Origin: Strigamia acuminata
Taxonomy: Eukaryota
Assembly (NCBI GenBank): GCA_949358305.1
Contig: OX442314.1
Location: 32,550,001 to 32,614,000 of the forward strand
Length of the DNA: 64,000 nt
Reading direction: 5' to 3'
Each line of letters opens with the position of its first letter. Position 1 is the stretch's first letter. This document shows, piece by piece, positions 51,105 to 62,796 of this stretch. The translations under genes were made by a program, and so were the position numbers. The notes beneath the pieces are model-generated. The model did no database searches. It saw only the letters and a list, made by a program, of their open reading frames with translations, and was not told where the DNA came from.

Positions 51105-54100
51105 TCACGGACTGGCACGCGTGTCTTTCAAATCGTCAACAAAATACCGCGGGCGATCCACATTAGCCAGGAAAAAGTCTGCGTGGTCCCGATCGATGTC
51201 CTCCATCTTAGAGATCAATCGGGTCAGAAATTCGGGAATTGCAACCGCTGTCATGAACGTTTCAATTCCGTCTGGTCCCCACGTCTGCGCATACTGTGTT
51301 TTTATGGGCAGGTCCGTGCTTATTTTCTTTATAATAGAATGAGCAAAACGTTTGCACTGAAATGTAAATGAGCAAAATTCAATCGAACGAAAGAAAAGAA
51401 CAAACAAACAAACAAACAAACAAACAAACAAACAAACAAACAAACAAAAACATATAAAAATAATAAAAAATCTATAGTCTGTACCAGTTCTTCGTCTTGG
51501 ATCAGTAAATCGTGTCGGTCGGTCGACATGGACGATCGCTTCGGGGCACCTTTGTCAAAGAGGTTCATTCGCCAACTTTTAAGCTTTCCATTGAGCACGT
51601 CTGCGACGTGTTGGAAGCAGATGTTGAAGTGTTTGGTGAGATTTTGCTCAATCGAGTAAGTGGAGTACCTGTGTGAAATAATTAAAACTAGTTTAGCAAA
51701 AAATGAACAAGCGAATTAGACTACGGTGTGGCCAAAAAAATTATAGTTAATTACAGAATAAAATGAAAGAAAACACTCACCGCAGTTTCGTGATAGGAGC
51801 GGGAGGAATTTTACGACAACCGCTACAAAAGAACTTGGTGTAGCTTTTCCGGTTGGTCCATGTCCGCCCCACACATTCTTCGTGTACCGAAGAGGAACAC
51901 GATTTGCAACTCAGTCGCGGACTAGTCGACTCCGCGCAGTAAACACTGTCGCATTTGCTTCCCGTGATGTCTCGTTTCTCGCGATACAAGGCTGTCTGAA
52001 ATTTCAGTCAAACACAAACCACCAAATTAATGAGAGCAGCGGAAAGGATCCCTTTCCTTTACCTTGAACGGATCCGGTTTGTCATTGTCCGGCGACGACG
52101 ACGACGACGATGGCGACGACTTTGTAGTGGGAGTCGGCCCGCGTCCACGTATTTGTTTAGCCTCACGTTCGCGTTTGCTCTTCGCAATGCTAGCGATTAG
52201 ACCGCAATCGCGCTTCATCCCGCGTCCAGGAGCGGTGCCGCGACCATGTCCGACGCGACCGCCGTCGTTTCCACCGTTTCCATCGCCTTCGCCTTCGCCT
52301 TCGTCTTCGTCTTCGCCTTCGTCTTCGTCGTCTTCGATGTCGCTACTGTCGTCGTCGTCGGGTCGTGTCTTCCCGAACAAAAACTTTAGGGCCCGAGCTT
52401 GTCGATTCAAATCGATGGGTTGCTGAAATAAAACAAACAAACAAACAGACGGACAATCGATCAGTCTAGTTGCCCGGGCAGGTCCTTGGGGCGAGACACT
52501 CACGTTCTTCTCCCATTGCGTGTATCCTTCTCGCAACAACTTCATGGTCTTTGGTGTTACCACGATTGCCTAGAGAGAAAATGTCAATGACAAATAAACC
52601 GAATTGTTTTTCCCTCACCTCGTCACCCTTCTTCTTCTTCTCGTTCCCTTGCTGTTGTCGAGCACCACTGTGGTGGGGAGGGGTATCACCTCCTCTCTTC
52701 GTGCCCTTCCCACTTAGCTTCAGAAATGTGGGCAGTACGTCGAATCTGTGTGTCTCTCGCAAATGATATTGCATATTTTCTGATCGTGTGTTGCATAAAG
52801 GACAGTCGTCCGCCTTCTTCCTCGTTAACATCAGTGCCTGTTGAAGAAGAGATGAACGATTGAGATGATCACATCAATGAAAATGGGGGAAAAAAAAAAT
52901 AAAATAAATAAAAAAAATAAATAAATAAATAAATAAATAAATTAAATTAATAAATAAGTAAATAAACAAACAAATAAATAAAGAAATACAGTGTAAGCTA
53001 TGTAGCCCGGATGTAGGATGGGGCCCAGAAATTTGTCCAGTCCAGGCGATGTTCGTTCTGTAGGGTGTGTACACCTTTTTTTATTTATTTATTTTTTTTA
53101 TTTTAGTGTTTTTGTTTTTGTTTTTTTTCTAATTTATTTCATTGGAAAATCGACATTTTTTATTTTTGTCCGAACCACACGGTAATTTTTTCCTTATATG
53201 GGATGCACCGCTTTGCCCGGAATCCGGAAAGGGAAGTCGTCCAAACCAAAGAGTAAATCTAGCATCGCTCCTTATTGGTTGGGCCCGGGCCCGGACAAAA
53301 TTGTCCGGACCACGTAGTTGTCCGGACGGTGTTATGTCCGAGCTACGCAGCTTACATTGTAAATAAAGGCGAACAAACGAATCGCGCGCGTACGCGCTAG
53401 GAAATACCCGACAAAAGTTCTCAAAGTTGCCAACGTGATTGCGCAACAACTCCCTGGCCGGTTTGATTTTTCCAACGTTGTGCATATGCCGCCAGTGATT
53501 ACATATGTCGGCTTTGGGGCCCTTCGGGACTTGGTTTGAGTCGGGACACAACCAACACACCCCATTTCTCGTATCGATGACAGGTTTGTCCTAAACGAGA
53601 AAGATGATTGAACGAACAAACGAACGAACGAATGAGCTGATTGATTGTCGTCGTTGTTACCTTAAGGTGGTCGTAGGACGACCAAATAGCCTGTTGCGAC
53701 GCACTAGTGGTCACGCGTTGCGATGTACTTGCGGTCATGTGTTGCGATGTACTGGCGGTCGTGAGTCTTTCTTCGATTACACTCAACCTTTGATTAAGGG
53801 TGCGTAATTCTTCCGCAATTTGTGTGTATTTAGTCCCACGTCCCTCTTCTTGCTGGTACAAGAAATCTACGCGTGTTTTTAGAACCGTTACATCCTCTGT
53901 TCTCGGCATCGTCGACGTGAGTCTGCCGTCATCGAGTCTAGTGGGGGGGGGGGGAGGAATAAAAAAATAAATAAACGATTAAATAGAATAACAAATAAAT
54001 CATCGCGAGTTACTAGCATCGAGCGCCAAAAAAAAAAAAAAAAAACGGATCGCAATTCGCACGCTTTGAGCCGCGCGTTATATGCGCGCGCTATAGATGT

Positions 54101-54698
54101 AAACCGCGCGATAACTTCTTCGGTGCGATTCAAATCAAACAATTTGCGTTTCTACTCACCGTTCTTGTTTTTCTTGTAGTTTGTCTGCATCGGGTGCCTC
54201 GTTGTCCTCGAATAAAATAAGACTTTTGTTCAGATTCGCCCACTCGTCATCTTCTCTTGTCAAAATTTTCGTTGCCTCGGCTTCATCATTTTTGGTTGTG
54301 GTTTTCTCCAATTTGTCGCCCACTTCCATCAAAATTTGCACCTTCTCGGCACCATTCTCCGTCGAGGATCTTATCGTCTCGTCGTCCTTTTTCGTCAAAA
54401 CGCGCGTCTTCTTGACGCCTTTTTTCGTCCGATTTTTCCGGTCATCTTCGTCGTTGCTTCTTCTTTGTGTTCTCGTTTCGGAATCGCTGTCGTCGTCATC
54501 TCTGTGCTGGATATCCATCTCGTCGACCAACTGGCTATCCGAGTACACCGACACCTGACTATCTATCGGTTGACCATCTATATCCGATCTCTGGCTGTCG
54601 GTCGTATTCCATTTCTTCGTTCCCTTTAACTTCTTCCTCGCTACCTTCTGGTTTTTTTTCTTTTTCTGTTTCTCCATTTTTTTTTCCAGTCCGCACAC
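51105..54698 (-). CDS. Multi-exon protein with two C2H2-like fingers and a PHD finger
   Basis: CWLC..HWRHMH (~53490-53560); CPLC..HLRETH (~52750-52805); C-x4-C..CKSC...HEEC..CSGC PHD pattern (~51815-51953); acidic and basic tracts; GT-AG exon ends. Model approximate. Confidence 0.7.
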
Positions 54699-56844
54699 CT
54701 GTACAGAAATTCACATTTCGTCAATAAGCGTATGCGCATATCTCTCTCCTTCTATTACTATTATTATTATTATTACTATTATTATCACTATTATTGCTTT
54801 TACCGGTATTACTATTATTATTATTATTGTTATTGTCAAGTGAATAAATGAGCGAACAAATCGGTAAACAATGGCGGTTATTGTGTTACAATACGGGGTT
54901 TCCCCGCCCGTGCTCGCATCGTGTTTTCACTCGTTTATCCCCGACCGCCTGTTTAGTCGTTTGTTTGTTTCCCTGTCTATCCATCTATCTATCTATCTAT
55001 CTATCTGTCAGTCAGTCAGTCAGTCAGTCAGTCAGTCAGTCGGCTAAATTAAAATATGGTGGTCGGGGAAACCGACTATTTTCTCACCTTGCAGATAAAA
55101 CGCTCGAACGTATCGATACACACGCGTGTTTCACGAAATGGAGTGTGGCGCAATAGATAAAAATCTTTCTTCCTTTTTTTGTTGCGCGTCGTGATACCTT
55201 GACGTAACTGCGACAACGTGAATAGGTGGGGAGAGGGATTTTGGTACTGTAAGTAGTGCGAGTGTCTATTTTCAAACAAACGAGCGAGTGGAGAGACGAT
55301 TCACGCATTCACTCGACCGCCCGCCCGTGCGCGTGCGTACATTACATTAGCATGTGCACACGCGCACGGGCGGGAGACCCCGTGCATCGCCATCACTTTT
55401 TAATTTTTAACAAGCATGCGAGGTGGTCTTCATTGCGTTGTGTGAGTTTTCTGGACCAAACTCGACGTGTGTAATTGACCAATTTGTTTTATTTTCACAC
55501 AACGAACAGACGAATGAAGAAACAAACAAAGAAAGAAGCGGCATTCATTTAACACATACTTTGTCATTGTTTTGGCATTTTTGGCACGTCGAGACAGACT
55601 TAATCACGCCGTGCAGTTTCAAACTCTGTTTGGTTTTGTTTGGTTTGGGTTTTTCTTCCCCCCCCCCCTCTCCCCTACGTTTTATTTGCATCTACAAGTA
55701 TTTGCTTCTCATTAAATTACGTTTATTCATTTTCTCTTTCTTTCCAAATGGATAAACAGAAGACCTCGGCTAGACGCGTGTACCCGGCGCGTTGTTACTA
55801 CGCGCGCGACCGAAGTGACTGGCCCAGCGTCTTGACCAATTATTAATTCAAATGTTAATTTTTTATTTCGCTCTTCTTCTACCAACTGTCTTGCGCCGAG
55901 ACCGCCGGTGTAGAGGCAGTGGCATCGCGCGCGGATTTGGTCGGACAGGATTGTCGCGGCCATCCGCTTCGCGTTTATGTTGGAGGACCTAAACTCGTGG
56001 CGGTCGGTATGGTGGCGGAATCGACCACGGTGGCGGAATCGACCACGGTGGCGTGCAGGGAGATGGAGATGGAGGAGCCCCGAAACCATCCGAGAAGCTT
56101 TGCGTGCAGTGGCGGCGGCCACCTCGGTGGCCACCGCAATCGAATGCGTCGTTGGATTTGTCAATTTTTTTCTATTTTCATTCCAATTTTTACTCCAATT
56201 TTTTTATTCAATTTCTATTACAATTTTCATTCGATTTTTATTCAATTTTTGTTTCAATCTTTATTCAATTTTTATTCAGATTTTCTCTCTAATTTTCGAT
56301 TTGTTTTGTTTGTCTGTTTTGTTAAATAGAAAAATAAAATAAAATAAACAAATCTTTGGATTTTTTATGTGGGCGTGTTTGAGTGGCGGTGGAGAAAATG
56401 GGATTATCTAGACCAAAAGAGAGAACAACGTGAGCACCCTGTTTGGTTACGTAATTGCTAGGGGCCACGCACATTCCAAGAAGGAGGGTAATAAAGAAAG
56501 GTCGTGTAAAGGCGATAAAAAAGGTAGACGTTTTGTTCCGCAACATCGCCCAAACGATAGAATAAACAAGCGGACGGATGGGCAGGGAGAAGAAAAGCAC
56601 GCGCGCGATCAAACGCGGTGGGTAAAATGTCAGTTGATTCTATTAGTCAGTCCTGGTCGAGGAGCATGCTGTCTTTAACGATTGAATCGAGGATGGCACA
56701 AAGGAGATTCCGTACCTTGTGTGAGACAAGGTCTCCCATTGAAATCTGAAAATTTAAATCTGCAGTGGTGCGCCCCTGTCGGTTGAGCGAACGATTGAGA
56801 CGAGTGGTCGAGGTTATCCGCAGCAGCCAACTATTGTTTATTTT

Positions 56845-56998
56845 TTAACACACATCCATGTCTGCCCCTATTCATTGCGACGCGTCTAACCGACACATTT
56901 GGTTGGCCGGTGACTGCGCAACGCAGCGAGTCTGGGACATGAGACCAGACAGACACCGAAACCCTCCGGATCCCCGCGAAGGTCCGAAACGAACGGTT
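56845..56998 (-). ncRNA. snRNA-like cassette 15 (class B, inverted, 3' hairpin degenerate)
   Basis: Reverse-complement promoter motif starting at 57061 (-63), CCTTCGCGGGGATCCGGAGGGTTTCGG hairpin, AATAGGGGCAG. Confidence 0.45.
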
Positions 56999-57264
56999 TG
57001 GAAGTGCTCGTGAATCTGGCGAACGCGGTGATATGAATTCGCGTCATTTAGGACGATGCGACGCGCACCGAGAGATGAAATTTAAATCGTAAACCGATCG
57101 AAACGTTTACGATCTTCGTTTCACACAACACCTAATACGACAATGCAATTAATGGTTGGAGTACACGATGTGAAATTAATTTCACGAATCGGGGAATCAA
57201 TTTCTATTTTCTTCTCTCTACGTATCATTTTTATCCTGTAGTCTTTGTGCGTCTTTTCGTTTTT

Positions 57265-57485
57265 TCCTTGAAATCAGGTTTTCGTGAAACCTGATCCTGG
57301 GGTTATCCATGCGTCACATCCGTCTGGTAGGTTATTTTTTCCTCGAAATCAGGTTTTCGTGAAACCTGACCCTGGGGTTATCCACGCGTCACATCTGACC
57401 GGTATGTTGTTTTTTTCTTCGAAATCAGGTTTTCGTGAAACTTGATCCTGGGGTTATTCACGCGTCACATCCGCCCGGTAGGTTC
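57265..57485. repeat. Three ~75-bp tandem repeats with a palindromic core
   Basis: GAAATCAGGTTTTCGTGAAACCTGA.CCTGGGGTTAT at ~57270, ~57345 and ~57421. Confidence 0.9.
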
Positions 57486-58319
57486 ACGACGCGCGATCAC
57501 GAGATAATATTGTTTGCCGACGCGCGCATCATATTCGAGCGTGCGTGTAGCCCGTTCCCCGCGATCACATTGCGACGCAAAGTCGTCCACGACTCCAATA
57601 TGCATCCGCGCGTGGTCGCGCTGCAATACGGAATGCGCTCACGACTCCAATGCACGGTTTTTGGGCGTTTATTAAACATTTTTTGACGTTATTACGTGTG
57701 ATCGCGCGTATATTTTGTTGACGAGAAAGAAAAAAAAAAAATTCCTCAAAAGCCGGACCAAGGTTTCGATACAGTACGCTAATTTATCTTTTATTTTTGC
57801 AATGTGTGCGCGTCCAATACAAGCATAAAACTAGCGCGAGAATACCGCGATGGACGACCGATCGCAACTGCCGTTCCGCATGGCGTTTGTCCATCTCCCG
57901 ACCTGGAAGGAGAGAAAAATAGAACGCCAATTCGGTCTCAGTCCTGCCAACGGGACCCGACAGTCAGTGGCTAAAAAGCACACCAGACAACAGGTGATAC
58001 ACGAAATCAACGACAGGTGTCCCAAACTTTTCACACAATCATGATTGTTCCACAAAGCCGAACCGAACACGACAAATAATTTAACAAACAAACAGTAATA
58101 ACAACGATGTTAAACCACTTGTTTGATGATGAAATTGTACGACAACTACTATTTATTTATTTAATTAAAACATAACAACACACGAAAGAAGAAATAAAGA
58201 AAAAGAAAAAAATAAAATAAAATTAAATAAAATAAAATAAAATAAAATAAAATAAAATAAAATAAAATAAAATAAAATAAAATAAAATAAAATAAAATAA
58301 AAAATTCGAATGATCTGTC

Positions 58320-59191
58320 TAGTCGACATTGTCATCGTCATCATCTTCACCATCGTCACTATCACCATCGTCACTATCACCATCGTCACTATCAACATCG
58401 TCATCGTCACCGTCGTCGTCATCATCAATTACCCTCTGAAAAGAAAGAAAAAATAAGAGAAACAATCAAAAAAGGTGGATGCGCACCAAACATGTTTACC
58501 GGTTGGCAGACCCGTTGCTGAAACTTGTACAGCGATTCGACAGACTTGATCGAAGTCAACGCCATCAAATCGACACACTGAAAATTAGCAAACAAAAATG
58601 AATGTACATGAAAGGTCGAAAAGTGGTCGCGCGCGTCATCGTGCGTTTTATTCTTACCTTGCCAGACAATTTCTTTAACACGGATTCGACCGTGTCCGCC
58701 GCAATAGACGATAAAAGAATGCCACCATCGCGCGTTTTCTCGGCGACCGGTTCGACATCATCCCGCTCCCGCTGCTCCCGTTCCCCTGATCTCGCCTCCG
58801 CCACCTCCACTTCACCCATAGCCACTTCAACTTCCGCTTCCACTCCATCCACGTCCACCTCTCTATCCTCCTCAGTTATCTCCACCTCCACTTCCATATC
58901 ATACACATCTGTATCGACCCAGTCCAGGTCGCTTTCCATCCGCTTCAACTTCTTCTCCATTGATCTCAACCGACCTATCATCTCCTTCCTGCCACGCCAC
59001 CTCCAACCCATGTACTCTTCGATCCTCTCAATTCGTTTGGTTGTCCCCGTGAATCTCTTTGCTAGAGTCCACGCGATCTGCCTGGCTTTTTTCACCGCCC
59101 CCGCCACCGTCTTTTTCTCGCGCTGCGGCGGTGGCAGCAGTGGCGACGCCTCTCCTCGACACGACTTGAAAGAGAGAAAAAAGACAAACGG

Positions 59192-59224
<33 letters not shown>

Positions 59225-59457
59225 GGATGAACAAATAAATAGATTGATGACAAATAAAGCAAACGAACGAATCAGTACCTCGTTAACTTGCGCCGGGTCT
59301 TCCATCTCCCCATCACCCACTAAACAAGCGCGTTTAGATGGAATAGGATCCATTTTTGACGGCGTGTCGGTCAATGGCACAGCGGACGACAAATTCGATG
59401 TAGTCGTCGTTTCCTCTTCCCCATCCCCTCCAATCTCTCTGTTTTTCTCCGTAGCAA
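58320..59457 (-). CDS. Spliced coiled-coil/acidic protein
   Basis: Exons ~59279-59457, ~58658-59166 and small downstream exons ending in an Asp/Gly/Ser repeat; GT-AG ends. Confidence 0.55.
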
Positions 59458-60029
59458 CCTGTAAAAAAAGAAAAAAAAAAAAAAAAAAAAAAGTGAGGAA
59501 GATGGAGGTTATATAAATGAATAAAACCTGAACAAAGGAAAACGAATGGGACGTAAACTCAGTTTCGATCTCTGTTAACGACGGACGAAACGTCCAATGG
59601 ACGTTAGTCACACGCATCACCTCGCTCACTCGCTCACTCATTCACTCATTCGCTCACTCACTCACTCGGGACTGTACGTTTGACAAAAATTCGTGATAAA
59701 AATTACCCCAATTACATTAAAATCTTCTATCAATTGTGGTACTAAGGCGTCCATGATGTCGGGTGGTTAGTTCTGCATCCAGGAGACATAGACAAGACCA
59801 ATCACGACTCTGCTCATTGTTGGCCAGTCAAATCGCTTCGTACGATGGCGCCAAATTCGATTGTTGGACTGCTTTCTATCGTGTTTTAGAGATTTTTGAG
59901 AGAAATCTTACGACGAGAAAACTCTTCTCTTTTTTTTCATGGAAAGACACACGGGTTAACCACCAAAAATATTTATTTATTTACGTGTGTTTTGTAGACG
60001 ACGCGTCTTCTATCGCGTGACACACGCGT

Positions 60030-61290
60030 GTAAAAGCTAAGTTCACATGTGCGCGTTGACGCGCGCGTTTTGCGCGTTCGACATGTGAATGCAAAACGTT
60101 GACCATACGTCGCCGCGCGCGTCGCCGCGCCGCAAGTGGACGAATTCCCCGAAATCGCGCGAACGCCGAAAGTTGAAAATATTCAACTTTGACGCGCGCG
60201 ACCACTCGTTGCCACCTTTGTTTTCCAGTGAAATCATTGATTTTTACATTGAAAACAGTCACATTCTATTGAAATGAATTGTTTTCACGTCAAAACAATA
60301 CACGAAAAACAATACAAGAAAAAAAGAGTTCATAAACAAATACAATCGTTTCGACGGTGCGCGTGGAAATTACATGCCGCTCAATGCTCGCCTGCTGCGG
60401 CCGGGGAGATTGCAATTTCCCGTCGAGCAAGCAAACACAAAAACCCACCAAATTTTCAACTTTTCCCATTTTAAAAAACAATTAAATATTCTTTAAATTA
60501 ATAATCAACAATAAAATACCAAAAAAATCAATTCTTAAACAACTTAACAATTTTTGTCTTTGTGCTGCATGGGAACCAAAAAATTGGTTGACGCGAGCTT
60601 GTGACATGCGCTGCACAGCCTCGCGAATCCTAAGTGCGTCCTCAGCCATACGCGTCGGCCTTGACGCGCGCGTTTAGACGCGCACATGTGAACTTAGCTT
60701 AAAGCTGCATTCATATGTCTAGGCGACCGCGTCAGGGCCGACGCGTATAGTTGTGGATGCCTCTAGGATTCGTGAGGCTGTGCAGCGCGTGTCATAAGCG
60801 CGTCTCAATTAATTTTTTTTATTCTCATGCTGCACGTCGTTTTGAATTAACAATACTCGAAAATAGTCGTTTTAACTTTGAAAATAATTGTTTTAATTTC
60901 GAAAATATTCGCTTTCATATCAAAGTGTCCATTCTCACGCTATATAATGTTTAATACGTAATTTTATTATAAAAAATTTTCAATGTATAAACTTTATTTC
61001 TGTTTTCAGTTTCCTGATATGATTAAAGAAAATCCTAAATATTATTTCCAAACATTTATCAAATTCTTTTCAAAAGCAGTTGTGGAGGCGTCTACTACGA
61101 ACGTGTCATCGTGGGCGTCAAATTTGAATATTTTTAACTTTCTGCGTTTGCACGAATTTGCAGAATTCGTCCACTGGCATCGTGGCGACGCATGGTCGAC
61201 ATTTTGTATTCATATGTGACGCGCACTCTATTTACTCACGTAGAACACACGAATCGCGCGCGTCAACGCGCACATGTAAATTTAGTTTCA
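60030..61290. repeat. ~1.25-kb degenerate nested palindrome (foldback-like)
   Basis: 60030-60210 is inverted relative to 61100-61290; 60560-60695 is inverted relative to 60705-60835, around AGCTTAAAGCT (~60696-60706). Confidence 0.75.
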
Positions 61291-61299
61291 CTGAATCGC

Positions 61300-62755
61300 G
61301 TACGAGTTTTTCCCTTTTTCAACGCGAAATCGTATTCGACTCGTTTTCGAGTCGAGTACGAATTTTGCCCTTCTTCAACGCGAAATCGTATTCGACTCGT
61401 TTTCGAGTCGAGTACGAATTTTGCCCTTCTTCAACGCGAAATCGTATTCGACTCGTTTTCGAGTCGAATGCGAATTTTGTCCTTCTTCAACGCGAAATCG
61501 TATTCGACTCGTTTTCGAGTCGAATGCGAATTCGTATTCGACTCGTTTTCGAGTCGAATGCGAATTTTGCCCTTCTTCAACGCGAAATCGTATTCGACTC
61601 GTTTTCGAGTCGAATGCGAATTCGTATTCGACTCGTTTTCGAGTCGAATGCGAATTTTGCCCTTCTTCAACGCGAAATCGTATTCGACTCGTTTTCGAGT
61701 CGAATGCGAATTTTGCCCTTCTTCAACGCGAAATCGTATTCGACTCGTTTTCGAGTCGAGTACGAGTTTTGCCCTTCTTCAACGCGAAATCGTATTCGAC
61801 TCGTTTTCGAGTCGAATGCGAATTTTGCCCTTCTTCAACGCGAAATCGTATTCGACTCGTTTTCGAGTCGAATGCGAATTTTGTCCTTCTTCAACGCGAA
61901 ATCGTATTCGACTCGTTTTCGAGTCGAGTACGAATTTTGCCCTTCTTCAACGCGAAATCGTATTCGACTCGTTTTCGAGTCGAATGCGAATTTTGTCCTT
62001 CTTCAACGCGAAATCGTATTCGACTCGTTATCGAGTCGAATGCGAATTCGTATTCGACTCGTTTTCGAGTCGAATGCGAATTTTGCCCTTCTTCAACGCG
62101 AAATCGTATTCGACTCGTTTTCGAGTCGAATGCGAATTCGTATTCGACTCGTTTTCGAGTCGAATGGGAATTTTGCCCTTCTTCAACGCGAAATCGTATT
62201 CGACTCGTTTTCGAGTCGAATGCGAATTCGTATTCGACTCGTTTTCGAGTCGAATGCGAATTTTGCCCTTCTTCAACGCGAAATCGTATTCGACTCGTTT
62301 TCGAGTCGAATGCGAATTTTGCCCTTCTTCAACGCGAAATCGTATTCGACTCGTTTTCGAGTCGAGTACGAGTTTTGCCCTTCTTCAACGCGAAATCGTA
62401 TTCGACTCATTTTCGAGTCGAATGCGAATTTTGCCCTTCTTCAACGCGAAATCGTATTCGACTCGTTTTCGAGTCGAGTACGAGTTTTGCCCTTCTTCAA
62501 CGCGAAATCGTATTCGACTCGTTTTCGAGTCGAGTACGAGTTTTGCCCTTCTTCAACGCGAAATCGTATTCGACTCGTTTTCGAGTCGAATGCGAATTTT
62601 GCCCTTCTTCAACGCGAAATCGTATTCGACTCGTTTTCGAGTCGAGTACGAGTTTTGCCCTTCTTCAACGCGAAATCGTATTCGACTCGTTTTCGAGTCG
62701 AGTACGAGTTTTGCCCTTCTTCAACGCGAAATCGTATTCGATTCGCTTTCGAATC
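61300..62755. repeat. 56-bp tandem satellite (with shorter variants) containing a TTTT-loop palindrome
   Basis: AACGCGAAAT recurs at 61321, 61377 and 61433; core GTATTCGACTCG-TTTT-CGAGTCGA(A/G)T(G/A)C. Confidence 0.97.
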
Positions 62756-62796
62756 GTATACGAGATGGTCGATTTTTGTTTCCCGGACTTTGATTC

